Of a stretch of DNA of 64,000 nt, positions 12,759-26,252 are shown piece by piece. The translations under genes and the position numbers were made by a program. The notes under the pieces are model-generated. The model saw nothing but the letters and a program-made list of their open reading frames with translations, was not told the origin of the DNA and did no database searches. The stretch is taken from the NCBI RefSeq assembly GCF_001194135.2, contig NC_068982.1, positions 3,714,989 to 3,778,988 of the forward strand. The letters are read 5' to 3'. Numbering within the stretch: position 1 is the stretch's first letter; every line of letters begins with the position of its first letter. Origin of the DNA: Octopus bimaculoides (lineage: Eukaryota).

Positions 12759-15639
12759 AGACACAAATCCAACCAGCTGGAAGCAAATACTGTAGAGTCT
12801 TACAACAACATTTCTACCGTCATATTAACGAACGTTTCACTAACAGAGCTTATCGCAGATTTTCCCGTAGGATTATGCCAAGAAAGAAATGCTAATTACA
12901 CAGTCATACTTTCTGTGCTATCAACTCTTTTCTTGGATGGATTTGAAAATTAATAAATATCAACAAAGTCCTCTTTATACAGAAAACCATAAAAGGGCAA
13001 TTATTGTCATGAAATGTTCTCCTTTAGAAGACAAACTAATCCCAGATATTATCGGTCAACGTTTAATAATGCTGTGTCATCTCCTTCAAGATTTGGAATT
13101 TTCGGTTTGGCATCTTTGTTATTAGGTTAATCCTAAGTTAGTTCTGATTCCTCAGAACTATGATCAAAAGCATTCCAGTCGTGACCACCTCGTTTATTTT
13201 TATTTGTTTATTTATTTGTTAATGATTAGATCTTCTAGAAATACTTCACCCACTGTGTCCAGCTTTTTGAAATAGAAATAGCAGTTAAATCTGACTGAAG
13301 TTACATTCTACTATCAGGCGACCGAAAGGAAGCACTTCATTGGTTCGTGGGATAACTTGGCTGTTGTTGTTTAGCCCCGAGTTATACCTGATCAGGCAGA
13401 CTTCTTATCAAAACATTCCAGCCGTGACCACACTATCTTTCTTTTCCCTAAATTCAAGGAACAGGGCCATATTATCCAACGCTTTGTTTTAAGAGAACGA
13501 CGTTCCTCACTTTTCTAAAGAAAAGAAAAAGCATTTTATTACTTCGATTTTGGTTTTGTTTCGCTTTTATTTGTCTTTTGGCACTTATTTTATATTATTT
13601 TTCTCATAAAAGGGAAAAAAACATCCTTGGACCATTTCATAATCTGACAGAGTCACGGTCAAGTGGAGGAGGCGGAGGAGGAGGAGGTTAATGAAGATGA
13701 GAAAGAAGATGAACGTGGCCAAGAGGAGGATAGTCAAGAGAAAGAAAGGAAAAAAGAAGCTGCAAGAATGTTGCATACGAGAAAATATTATCTAATAGAA
13801 ACCATTTAGATGTCTTTGATGGTTATCATGTCGGTTTGGTACGGAATGGTGTGTGGGGGCGATTCGTGAATGCTAAAATGTTTTGCCATTTCTTCTCGAA
13901 AGATGTGACACTGAAAATCCTTAATCACCGAAAGGAATTAAAGAAATATCGTGTTTGATTATATTTTACTCTCTTGACAATAAAGTTTGCAGGGTAAACT
14001 CTTTATTGTAATACATCAAAGAGTGTGTGTGTGTGTGGGTGGGTGGGTGTGTGTGTGTTGTAGGTCTGCAGAGGAAAGACTTCATCAGAGAATTGCAAAA
14101 AAAGATTTAAAAAAAAGAAACTGAAACAAAAAATTGATTTGAGTAGATTGAGTAGAGTGCAAATGAAGGTAAATGAGCCAAGTGCCATAATGTGTGTTGG
14201 TCATCTCATTGTAGAGTTACTTCGCTCTCGTAATCGTGTTATTTTTAATCACAGCTCCACCAATAGCATCAATCTGTTTAAACAAGATCCAACGAGGGAG
14301 TTTCTCTGTCAGAAAAGAATCGTGATGGTATTAATGGTAGCAACAGTAGTGGTGGTGAGAATAAACAAAAACAACTAAATTTTATTGATTGAACTCCAGA
14401 TAGCAAAATTTACTTGAATCACAAAATTAAGTACAATTTTAAAGATAAGACATAGCAGTATTAACTTGAGTTGATCCAAATGTTGACTCGGTGGAGGCCG
14501 AAGTCTTGTTCAGTGATTATTACTTTTGATGGCAAAACAAAATACTTGTGAAGACGTTTCAAAATTAATTTAAAAACTAAAATCGTGTTTTTTGGAGATT
14601 TACTTTGAATTCTGCAGCACTGTCTAAGAAATCAAGTATATGAATAATATATGGATAAAACTAAAATAATATTAACTTAAGAAAAACTTTTAAAGACCTA
14701 ATGAAGAGGAAGACATAATGTGGATGCTAGCAACGTTCGCTTCATTACTTTGGGCTTGGAGCTTATAAATTAGTTCATTAGAGAATGCTCAAATGTGTTT
14801 ATTACATCTAATTAATGTCTGAACTCGACATTATGTGTCTGTTGAGACACATAACGGTGAGCCAATGAGAAAGCCTCTAATTGGTTGTGCAGCCTCCTAG
14901 AAATAGCGGACAAATCTCACGCAAGTGCACACATTTTAAGGATATGTTGGAAACTGTAATCTGAAGTAAAGAGTCTGGAAAAATGTGAAGGCCATATCCA
15001 GAATACCTTTGATCATGGGTCCCCTCGACCAAGATTCACCTACGGCTGAACAATTCATAGTGCCAGTGTTTGATTAAATATCTCTTGTACAAAAACCAGT
15101 CTCCCAGAATCGATACTGTTGGATAATTTTGCTACCTTTTCTTTTGATAGGTGAGTGAACGAAAGGAAAAGAGGATGGAATACGTGAAATATTTGATACA
15201 GTTGCTGAATATCTAAATAACCTCGCGACTTTTGCACAACATTTATCTAAGTAATTTGGTATTATTTATTTTGTGCAATATTTTCAAAAATAAAATTCGA
15301 TTGGGATGTTTGATTATTCTCATTCACAACTCATTCTCATTCATAATATGGCAGGTGAAAGAAACTTTATAAGTCTCACAAGAAACCAACCTCAGTAATA
15401 CACTATAGCAGACGTTATTCATTATAATCGTTAAAACAAATCTTTAGTTAAGAACTAATTATCATTCTTTGATGTGGAAAGCCAAAACGAATTTTTTATT
15501 CATTGAAATTGTAACTGTAATGAGATGAAAACGTAGAGTTAACGATAATTCTTTTCAAATAGGACAAGGGAGTGTACATAGAAATTTTAACTGAGAAAGT
15601 GTAGATATACATGTAACGGATTGGTTAGATGTAGGTATA

Positions 15640-16519
15640 CAGAGAGTTTGGGCCAAATTTGATGGTCTGCATAAAAGGGAAAAAAATATCTCGTCCGAAA
15701 ATAAAAGTATTTAAAAAATCAAAAACTATCAACTAGTTTAAGGCTGGTAGATAATAGTTTCCTCCAAGTAGCCGCCCTCAGCTTCCACCACGGCCTCAAG
15801 ACGGCTCCGAAGCCAGACGCATGCGTTCCTCATTGTCTCACTGGGAAGATCTTTGAACATAGCCTTGATCTTGATCACCAGCTCGGCCTTGGGGTTGCAA
15901 GCAGAGAGATTGGTGTCTTTCTCAAATGTACCCCACGCACAATAGGGAGAATCGGGAGACCATAAATTGGGGTTGGCGAAGTTGTAGAAATTCCCCGTCA
16001 ACCACTTCTCTCTTTCTGGGGGTATGGCAAGGAGCCGAATCCTTCTGCCACACACACATGGCTTCCCAGTAGTAATACTTCCTAGCCAAGGATTGACCAG
16101 ACTCCAGGAGCTTCACATAGCTGTTTGAATTGAACCTAAAGCTCTGTTCAGAGATATTCGATGAACTCCGGCGTGTGGACGCAATTAGACCACCTGTTGT
16201 GACCCTTCCTGCAGGTCACAGCTTCGTAGTCTCCGTTGAAGCTGTCCATACCACGTCTTACAATCTTTATTGTTCACGGAGCCTTGAGCAGCTGTCCTGA
16301 TGTTGGCATTTTGATACCCGGCGCGAATCCTAATGATACATGTTACTCTGTTCCAATTTTCAGATGATTTCGAGTCCTGCATGTCAGCGAACTTTTTCTC
16401 AACTATAGCTTTAATCTTCATGCTCTCCAACGCCGTTGATTATTCATCAGTGCATCAGGCAGTTTCTGAAAAAAAGAAAAGGAGGCATAAAAGTCGTCAA
16501 ATTTATCCCGAACACCCTG
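15640..16519 (-). mobile_element. Internally deleted Tc1/mariner transposon
   Basis: Transposase remnants WQKDSAPCHT and NLWSPDSPYCAWG...RLEAVVEAEGGYLE. Degenerate terminal inverted repeats (TIRs): (ta)cagagagtttgggccaaatttgatg versus cagggtgttcgggataaatttgacg at the other end. Confidence 0.85.
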
Positions 16520-18121
16520 CACAGAGAGGAGTGAGGTTGATCTTTGGCAGGTACGGTTCTACCTTGGAACATGTGAAGTCTAGACCAACACACGGCTACC
16601 AGATCAGAGAATGACTTAGAATTTGAAGATTTTATGTAGAAATGGTTGACTGCTTTAGTATCTTAAAACTATATGTTATAAACTGCACGAAGAACATATA
16701 GTTGAATGCGGACTAACACACTTAATGTAATGAACCAGAAAGATTTGTGCCAGAGTAAGAAATCAATATTTTGTCATTCTATGTTACTGAGTCAGTAAAC
16801 ACGAAATCTCACCAAACGAAATACGTTAGTGTTTAGTTTCATCCATCTACATTCTTAATTCAAATCTTACCGGAATCGATATTGCATTTCGTCCCTTCGA
16901 GGTTAACAAACTAAATTTTACTCCTGTACTGAGATTAACCCAATCAAATACACTACTCCCCAGATAATGCTTGTTTTTGCACCAAATTAAACTCCATTAA
17001 TATTAGAAGCAATTAAAAACCGTGAAACTGGATTTTTTACTGAACTATTTTTTATCAGTTTCTGACAGAAAAGTATATTTGATGCCAAGGATCATTTATA
17101 GGGACAGTTCGTTCTCTTTTTAAGATCCAATGGTTGAGAATATTTTTTAATTATGTATTTACAGTTTTCAAACACCGTCGTTCAGTAATTAATTACCCTC
17201 GTTAATACATTTTTTGATAGTGGTGGGTAGAAACATCAGAAGCAAAAATGCCATATCAGATTTTGTTGCGTTTCATGAGAGATTCAGTTCAAGATATCGC
17301 TGGAGTTGCTCTTTCTTTTAGTCTTTCAGGGGGTCAATAAAATAATAACCAGCAAACTCCAAAATCACTTTTTAATATCTTCGCAATGAACAGCTATGTA
17401 TATGTAGAGATTGAAAGGCAAGCAACAGTCTTTTATCTGGGGTAGCTTTTCATCACTTGCTACTTACTAAACATTACTGGATTACAAACACGTCAAGAAT
17501 AGGATCAACTTGAAAAGTAACGAAAAGACTAAAAAATTGAGTAAAAATTTCACGCCATGAAATTGTGTGTGTGTGTGGTATATTTCGTGTTGAGTGAGAT
17601 TTGGGGTTTCGCCTGACGGCTTATTTGTCCGCCTTAGGCGTACGTTTACCTAGAAGAACAGAAGAAAAGTTTCATTAAACGAAATGGATGTTTTAGGTGC
17701 GAATTTACATTTGTTATAAAAATTACAATGAAAGGAATTTTTATTTCATTTACGATAAATTTTTGTTGAAATTGTTTAAAGATGAAAGAACAAATTTAAA
17801 GATAAATGGCAGCAATCAGACAGGTAAAGAAATAAGGTGAGGCAGGAAACGGATTGATGAAGCCTGGCTGGAGAGGTTATGATCCCAAAATGGATTTGAG
17901 ATGGACTGTTAGTCAGTCAAACCAGTAGGTGGGGGCCGATGCGCTGTGAAGGAAGGCCCCGAAGCGGTACCCATTCTCTCCTGATGAGCCCTGAAACCTA
18001 TCATTCGGTGTTCGGAGTTTTTCGCTGACTGCACTTGCGCCGACAAGCTGTTTCGATTTCTCTCTCTCCCTCACTATTTATTTATTTCTCCCTCTCTTTC
18101 CCTCTTTCTCTCTCTTTTTCC

Positions 18122-18168
<47 letters not shown>

Positions 18169-18690
18169 CGTATATGATGAATATCCACTCGTGACCGACG
18201 GCGACCATCACTGACCATTGCCCATGCAAAATGCCAGTAAGACCCGTGCATGAGGTTATTGCATCCGCAGTCGACTTCACCCGGATTCTCCGTGGCTTGC
18301 ATGCTCACCGTGGCGCCCTCCTATTCGACCAGGCATCGAGTCGTAACCTCGCTGGCAATTGCACAACTTAAAATGTTTCGTGCAATAAAGCTTGTGCAGC
18401 ACCTCGCAGACTCTTTCCACTTTACTAACATGATCCAGAGACAAACCAGAGCAAGAAATTCAGTGCCAATATGAGTCACAGGCCCAGGGATGTGGGAGCA
18501 CCGTGCTCTCAAGTACAAGCTAAAGATCCCCAAAGATGTCCAATGCCATTCCTTGCTTATCTGGTTTTATATCCGAGTAACCTTTAACAAAGGCTAAGGG
18601 ATGCCTCACACTCAGTGGTCTAACAGCACGTCGGATATCAACCCGGGATTTCTGAGGGCTTGTGCTGTGCGTGTGTGTGTGTGTGTAATC

Positions 18691-18821
18691 TTTTCTACTC
18701 CAGGCACGAGACCTGAATTTTGGGGGGAGAGGGCAAGTCGATTAGATCGACCCCAGTACGCAAGTGGTACTTAATTTATCGACCCCGAAAGGATGAAAGG
18801 CAAAGTCGACCTCGGTGGAAA
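18691..18821 (-). mobile_element. SINE family A, 3' half
   Basis: gtcgattagatcgaccccagtacgc...gtcgacctcgg. Confidence 0.85.
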
Positions 18822-18953
18822 TGTCCATACATATACTTTCGTGTGAATGTATGCATGAATGATTATTTCTGTATATATAATATATATGTGTGTATAATAT
18901 ATATATATACATGTGTGTGTCTATGAAGATGTATGAATCAAACTGTGGGGGGG

Positions 18954-19308
18954 GGCGCAACGGCCCAGTGGTTAGGGTAGCGGACTCGCGGTCGTGAGAT
19001 CGCGGTTTCGATTCTCAGACTAGGCGTTGTAAGTGTTTATTGAGCGAAAACACCTGAGGCTCCGGCAGGGGATGGTGGCGAACACTGCTGTACTCTTTCA
19101 CCACAACTTTCTCTCACACTCTCTTCCTGTTTCTGTTGAACCTGTATTTCAAAGGGCCAGCCTTGTCACACTGTGTGTCCCCGAAAACTACGCTATGGGT
19201 ACACGTGTCTGTGGAGTGCTCAGCCACTTGCATGTTAATTTCACGAACGTTAATTTCATGATCGGATCAACTGGGACCCTGGTCGTCGTAACCGACGGAG
19301 TACCGCGG
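18954..19308 (+). mobile_element. SINE family C
   Basis: ggcccagtggttaggg...ggtttcgattc...gtcgtcgtaaccgacggagt. Confidence 0.9.
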
Positions 19309-19667
19309 ATGAATTAAATTGATAAACAAAGAGTAATTCTAAATAAGAAGAAATTCTTCTTTCATCTTTGATTGCCCCTTATTTACTGATTTCATTATTT
19401 ACTTAAATCTTCACAAATCTAAACATGGACCTACATAATTCCCTCTTTTTATGCAAACTACAGGAGCGAATCCCTCTTCACGTGCCGACTCAGAACTTCT
19501 CTTCCTCTAGAAATAGAGAACGATTGACAAGGGTTTAGCAACCTCAACCATTGATGTTATAACTGAAACTGTCCCAGGCCGTCATTGATGTGAAGCACAG
19601 CTTGAAATCCAAGGTAAGAAATTTATTCATCCTTTTCCTTTTCTTTTCTTTTTTTTCCTTTTTCTTT

Positions 19668-20085
19668 TTTGTATGTTACTTGTTTCAGTCATTTCACTGC
19701 GGCCATGCTAGGGCACCGCCTTGGAAGGGTTTTAGTCGGACAAATCGACCATAGGATGATTTTAAAGCCTGGTACTTATTCTATCGGTTTTGTTTGCCGA
19801 ACCGCTAATTGACGGGCGCGTAAACAAACCAACACCGTCGTCAAGCGGTGGAAGGGGATAAACACACACATAAAAACAAGCACATACACACACATACATA
19901 CACACACACATATATACATATACGACGGGCTTCTTTCAGTTTCCGTCCACGAAATCCACTCACAAGGCTCTGGTCGACTCGAGACTATAGTGGAAAACCC
20001 TTGCTCAAAGTGCTACACAATGGAACTGAACCCGGAACCATTTGGTTGGGAAGCACGCTTCTCACGATACAGCCATGCCTGCGCC
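19668..20085 (-). mobile_element. SINE family B
   Basis: Full-length reverse copy. Confidence 0.85.
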
Positions 20086-20171
20086 TATGTATATGTGTAT
20101 GCACCGTATATAATGCTAAGGTATACTCGAGTCACTGATTGACCCATTATGCCAGTGGTTCCCAACCTGGG

Positions 20172-20222
20172 GTCCGCAGATCCCCTGTGGTCCTCAAAAG
20201 TAGTACTGGGGGAACCCCTGCA
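20172..20222 (+). mobile_element. hAT-type MITE end fragment
   Basis: cagtggttcccaacctggggtccg, a Charlie-like terminus. Confidence 0.45.
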
Positions 20223-21445
20223 TTATGCAGACGCTCAGCTGGTTAGAAATAGCAAATGATTCTTCCTCATGTTACACACAACCGTCGCAACATCGGAAAG
20301 GGAATAATAATCGTAATCATAATAGTTCACTGCCAGAAAAGAAAAATGGCTACGATCACTGCTGCAACACCTTTGATCGACGACTCAATCAGGACACGTC
20401 AAAGGTTTGATAACAATAACCCTGGTAATGCGTAATCTGTTATTTATTAGCACACGTGACTGTACATCGGTGTGCTTATTTTCGAGAGTGTCACATGATT
20501 AGCTGGACGCTGAAGACGTCCTTGATTGGATGTCGATACTTAAGCGATAAATTGACAGAATAGTTAGAACATGGAGGAGAGATGGTTCCGACTCTGTGTG
20601 ATTTGAGTTCAAATCTCATCAATGTTAACTTTATCTTTCACTATTTGGGGGTCAATAAAAAAAATGTACTCGTCAGGGCAGAGAGTTGGTGAAGTTGTTA
20701 GACCGTCGGATGAGATGCAATACTATATTCTTTCCGGCTCCTTACGGACACAAGTTCTCAGAGCTCAAAACACAAAGGATGTTAAACCTGGTCACGGATC
20801 ACATTTAATCCGCCGCCTTATTTAATACCACACACAGTCCATGCTTATTTCTGTGGAAAAAACACTGTTGGAAACCTAATCTCTGGAGCAAATACTCGAC
20901 AAATTTCGGTGGCTTTGTAAAAAAAAAGAGGGGGATTATCGTTGTTGTTCTTTCCACTCTGATTAAACGGAAAAAAAGTAAGCCTTAAGTATAATGAGCT
21001 TGAGGAAAATTTAAAAAGACTCTAAATGCTGGTTGTCTTATTGCTAATAACGTACTAAATTCAATTTTAAAGCAGAATAATCTTCACAACGATACTAAAT
21101 ATGTGCAAAAGTGCGAAATACATGATTTCAAAATGATATCTTAGAAGACTTCGGAGACAAAAGAACGTTTTTATTGTCTATTTTTTTCCCATTTTTTATC
21201 AAAATTATTATCGAGTGTGTGTATGTGAGAGAGAAAGAGAGACTAAGAGAGAGAAAGTAACAGAGAGAGCGAGACGAAAGCGTTGTAGAATAATAGAATA
21301 AAAAGTAATATTCTAGAAAACGGAAAACTTTGTTACACATCTACTCTAATAACATTCTAATCATCTTTTAGCAGCAAATAAAAAAAACCACAGATAAGGA
21401 GATAAATAGAATGATAGAAGGACAGACAGACAGACAGACAGACAG

Positions 21446-21481
<36 letters not shown>

Positions 21482-21960
21482 GAAAACTTATCAAGAACTT
21501 CGCAAACCTATTCTCCATTCAAAACCTAACAAAATATGGACAATTCATAAGAGTTATCGAGCAACTAGCGGCATTCAAACAAGAAATCTTACTTCCTGTT
21601 CGTCAGTTTTCAGTCAGTCGCTTATGTTTGACTGAAATGTCGAATATTAATGGCGTTACTTCAGATAATGGCTGTTTTTAAGGTTGCCTCTAACATGTGA
21701 GCAATATGATCCAGTGCCAACATATTGCAACTGAAACTGATACATGCGGTTTTTCAAAAGACAAGGTGAGAGAGAAGCCGATGTTTGTCATTGGTTTCAG
21801 TAGTTTTGAATGAGCACCGGAAGTAGGAATGACGTCCATGTTGAATTAGTGCTCTGTGCAATCATTCATGCAGGCATACACGTAAATACAGACAGGCATT
21901 ACATTCATATATGCACATACATAAATAGGTGTGTATGCGTACATATAATGTATAACTGTG

Positions 21961-22025
<65 letters not shown>

Positions 22026-22161
22026 TCCACCATCATATACACGGGCTGCTCACACACACACATGCTCACATACATACACACATGATCTTGTGTGTTCCAT
22101 AAGTAAAAGAAAAGTATTTAAATAAAATGTTAACTGTTGCATTACTTATGGAACGCCTGGT

Positions 22162-22199
<38 letters not shown>

Positions 22200-22530
22200 G
22201 TGTGTGTGTGCGTATGCACGGCGTGTGTGTGTGTGTGTCCATTTGCATATAACGCAAAAATATAAATATCAAAGCAAATAAGTGTAATGTGAAAAATATA
22301 GTAGGTGAGTGGTATTGAGTGGTGAGTGCCATGGCTGAGGTTGTAGTAGTATTTCCTTTGTCTTGCTATTTCATTTCTTTTCATACCTTAAATTCTGAAG
22401 ATAAAGGCATGAATACCACAACGCGCCTTCGCTCTTTGAAGTCAGCAGTATTCATCGACCCTTCATAGATATGCCATTCGTCCCAACTATTTTCGTGGGG
22501 ATACATTCACATGGACCCTTTTGAACTTTG

Positions 22531-22862
22531 TGTGGTGGTGGTGGTGGTGGTGGTGGAAACGCTGGTGCCGGTAGTGGTGATGATGATGATGATGATAGTG
22601 GTGGTGGTGGTGGTGGTGATGGTAGTAATTGCAGTGTTGGTGCTGGCAATGTTCTTGTTGTAGTTGTGGTGCTCTTCTTAATAAGGTTGTTGGTGATGAT
22701 GTTGACGCTCGTCTTGGTGAAGTAAACTTCATTGACTTCGAGTTGTTGTTGTTGTTTGTCATTTTGGTTTTGAGGTTTCTTTTCTTCATTGACGTTTGTT
22801 GTTGTTGTTGTTGTTGTTGCTGTTGCTGCTGTTGTTGTTGTTGTTGTTGTTGTTGTTGTCGT
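22531..22862. repeat. Compound trinucleotide microsatellite (GGT/GAT/GTT/GCT)
   Basis: Direct reading of the sequence. Confidence 0.95.
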
Positions 22863-23279
22863 CGTTTATGAATAGCTTGCACGCAACACTGTTCATTCAT
22901 GGTCATACAGAAAAATAAAAGAAAGGCTGAATGCAATATATGAATTATTAAAAATTATTCAATCGCTTCGTGTTTGAAGTCTGGCTGTAATTCCTGTATA
23001 CCTTTTAATAACCAACACAGCGTGAACAGAAGCACGGGGTTAATGCTTCATATAGAACAGCCCTAAAACTTGGTCTGCTTCACAATAAGAAGCCATGCAG
23101 CAAAATNNNNNNNNNNNNNNNNNNNNNNNNNNNNNNNNNNNNNNNNNNNNNNNNNNNNNNNNNNNNNNNNNNNNNNNNNNNNNNNNNNNNNNNNNNNNNN
23201 NNNNNNNNNNNNNNNNNNNNNNNNNNNNNNNNNNNNNNNNNNNNNNNNNNNNNNNNNNNNNNNNNNNNNNNNNNNNNNN

Positions 23280-23322
<43 letters not shown>

Positions 23323-24026
23323 TAATGTATGCATGTATATATATGTATGTATGTATTTATGTATATGTATATATATGAAACTTTATGCGTGCGTGGCTCT
23401 GTGCGTGCGTGCGTGCGTGCGTGCGTGCACGTATATATATAAACCCTTTATCATTCCATCTATACTCGTTGATTAACCAATAGAATTAAATAACGATACG
23501 TAGGCTGGTGATGACGATTATAATGATGATGTCCATGGTGCTGATTATCATCGTTGTTGTTGTTGGGAAGGTGGAATGGTGGTTACAGCTTCGGGAAAAA
23601 ATGCTTTGTGTTATTTCTTTCTGTTCTATAAGCCCTGGGTTCAGTTCTTGCCGAAGGTCGACTTTGCCTTTGCCTTTCATCCTGTCGGTGTTGGACGGGG
23701 AGGAATCGATAAAATAAAGTACCACCAAAGTGGTGGCGTGTGGAGGGGAATCGATGGTATCGACAAACTCCTCCACCCTTCAGAATTGCTGACGAAGGGA
23801 CAGAATCATAAGAGCATGGCACAAATGTCCAGCGGCGACTTGGAAACATCGTCAGAAGTTCGGGAAAATGCTTACCGTCATCTTGTCCGTCGTCATGTTC
23901 TGAGTTCAAACTCCGCCGTTTATAGTCAGAGTTTATATTCTCTTTCGCCATATATCCACGTCTTTCATATTCTTTTCTTTCAATGATGTTCTTCTTATCG
24001 GGCAGAATTGACAGGGAAGAATATTT

Positions 24027-24210
24027 AGCGCGCCGGGCGAAATGCTTTGCAGTATTTCGCCCGTCGCTACGTTCTGAGTTCAAATTCCGCCGAGGTCAAC
24101 TTTATCTTTCATCCTTTCGGGGTCGATTAAATAAGCACCACTTACGAACCGGGGTCAATGTAATCAACTTAATCCCCTCCCCCAAGCTGCCCTTGTGGAA
24201 AAACTTTGAA
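24027..24210 (+). mobile_element. SINE family A (further fragments at about 23640-23725 and 23890-23920)
   Basis: gccgggcgaaatgc...gagttcaaattccgccgaggtc. Confidence 0.9.
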
Positions 24211-24547
24211 ATCATTATTGTTGGATTGACAGAGTCGTTAGAGCTTCAGATAAAATACCTAACGGTAATTATCTATGTCTCATTACGTTCTGAGTAATCC
24301 CTCCTTCGTCCTTAGCCCGTCATCCTTCCAGAGACAATAAATTAAAGTACCAGTAGACTTTTGAAATCTATTTAATTAACGCTTCCTTTTGGTCGTCTTC
24401 TTGTTAAGAAATTATTATTACTATTGTTATGATGGGATTAGCAGAAATGCTACCCTTTACAATCTGCCACTAAGATCCACACAGCTTGTTGTCCTTCTGG
24501 AAGTCACTAAATACCAAATCAAGTGCTGTAATGGATATGTGTGGCAC

Positions 24548-24845
24548 TCCGTCGGTTACGACGAGGAGGGCTCCAGTTGATCCGATCAACGAAACAGCCT
24601 ACTCGTGAAATTTAAGTGCAAGTGGCTGAGCACACCACAGACACGTGTACTCTTAACGTAGTTCTCGGGGAGATTCAGCGTGACACAGTGTGTGACAAGG
24701 CTGGCCCCTTTGAATTACAGGTACAACAGAAACAGGAAGAAAGAGTTAGAGAAAGTTGTGGTGAAAGAGTACAGCAGGGTTCGCCACCGCCTCCTGCCGG
24801 AGCCTCGTGGGGTTTTAGGTGTTTTCTCTCAATAAACACTCACAA
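24548..24845 (-). mobile_element. SINE family C (headless)
   Basis: actccgtcggttacgacgag...ccctttgaattacaggtac. Confidence 0.85.
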
Positions 24846-24853
24846 CACCCACT

Positions 24854-24930
24854 GGCATATGGCGTAGTGGTTAAGAACGCGAGCTACTAACCCCAAGAAT
24901 CCGAGTTCGATTCCAGGCAATGACTTGAAA

Positions 24931-24970
<40 letters not shown>

Positions 24971-25135
24971 GCAACAGCAACAGCATCGAAAAACCCTTTA
25001 GCAATGAGAACCTAGGTTCGAAATTTCCCCAAGACACCTGATGAAGGCTGAAGGGTATGTCAGCCAAAACGTTGTGTTAACAACAAACAAAATGAGGAGA
25101 AATATCCGTCAAATGTAAATAAATAAAGAAATTTA
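24854..25135 (+). mobile_element. tRNA-headed SINE with (AAT)n spacer and hammerhead-like 3' end (family H)
   Basis: A box TGGCGTAGTGG (24860) and B box GAGTTCGATTCC (24903), then (AAT)n, then CTGATGA...CAGCC-AAAAC-GTT (G12->A at 25066). Homologous to 56918-57300. Confidence 0.8.
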
Positions 25136-25553
25136 TCATAATTATTTTTTAATACCAAATAAAAAGAAACCCATNNNNNNNNNNNNNNNNNNNNNNNNNN
25201 NNNNNNNNNNNNNNNNNNNNNNNNNNNNNNNNNNNNNNNNNNNNNNNNNNNNNNNNNNNNNNNNNNNNNNNNNNNNNNNNNNNNNNNNNNNNNNNNNNNN
25301 NNNNNNNNNNNNNNNNNNNNNNNNNNNNNNNNNNNNNNNNNNNNNNNNNNNNNNNNNNNNNNNNNNNNNNNNNNNNNNNNNNNNNNNNNNNNNNNNNNNN
25401 NNNNNNNNNNNNNNNNNNNNNNNNNNNNNNNNNNNNNNNNNNNNNNNNNNNNNNNNNNNNNNNNNNNNNNNNNNNNNNNNNNNNNNNNNNNNNNNNNNNN
25501 NNNNNNNNNNNNNNNNNNNNNNNNNNNNNNNNNNNNNNNNNNNNNNNNNNNNN

Positions 25554-25710
25554 TATAGTTGTGGCTAATGGAATAGACCAAAATTTCCTATAATTGGGGG
25601 TGGGTGGAGGAAATATAGTTGTGGCTAATGGAATAGACCAAAATTTCCTATAATTGGGGGTGGGTGGAGGAAATATAGTTGTGGCTAATGGAATAGACCA
25701 AAATTTCCTA
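25554..25710. repeat. 60-bp tandem repeat x2.6 abutting a gap
   Basis: Rows starting at 25561 and 25621 are identical. Confidence 0.95.
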
Positions 25711-26074
25711 GAATAGCAATAAACGTCTATGTTGTTGTTGTTAGTGTTGCTTAACTACAGTCCAGCCCGATCGTGCAGTTCTATAGCTAAAGGTGTTCAA
25801 ATGGTCACTGGCTGTAGGATTTGAGGGAGGTTTTGCTGCTATTTTTTACAGGTCAGGTGACCATATAAAGATGCTCTTTGGTTAGTTGGAGTTTTGTTGC
25901 TGCAATACAAACAACCACAACAAAAAGGAATGCATTATATGAAGCGAAGGAACGAACAGAAAACATCAACACCAATATCTCGGGCGAAATAAACAGCAGC
26001 GACAGTAACGACAAAAACTGTTTCTTTCTTGCCCACCGTGGGGCTAAACATAGAGAAGACAAACAAGGACAGAC

Positions 26075-26252
26075 AAAGGGATTAAGTCGATTACATCTAC
26101 CCCAGTGCGTAACTAGTACTTATTTTATCGACCCCGAAAGGATGAAAGGCAAGGTCGACCTCGGCGGAATTTGAACTCAGAACGTAGCGGCAGACGAAAT
26201 GCCGCTAAGCATTTCGCCCGGCATGCTAACGATTCTGCCAGCTCGCCGCCTT
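26075..26252 (-). mobile_element. SINE family A
   Basis: Near-consensus copy with CpGs retained. Confidence 0.9.

Noticed and set aside
13640-13810. E/K-rich open frame (GQVEEAEEEE...)
   Set aside because: Purine-rich low complexity, short, and no convincing splice sites.
22487-22936. polyQ/polyH/polyP ORFs
   Set aside because: They are translations of compound trinucleotide microsatellites, open in several frames, with no domain or splice support.
24854-24925. Possible tRNA gene (and similar SINE heads elsewhere)
   Set aside because: A and B boxes are present, but there is no complete acceptor stem, and each head continues into a repeated SINE body.
25554-25710. CRISPR-like array (also considered for 36129-36235)
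   Set aside because: Contiguous tandem units with no unique spacers, a eukaryotic context, and no cas genes.
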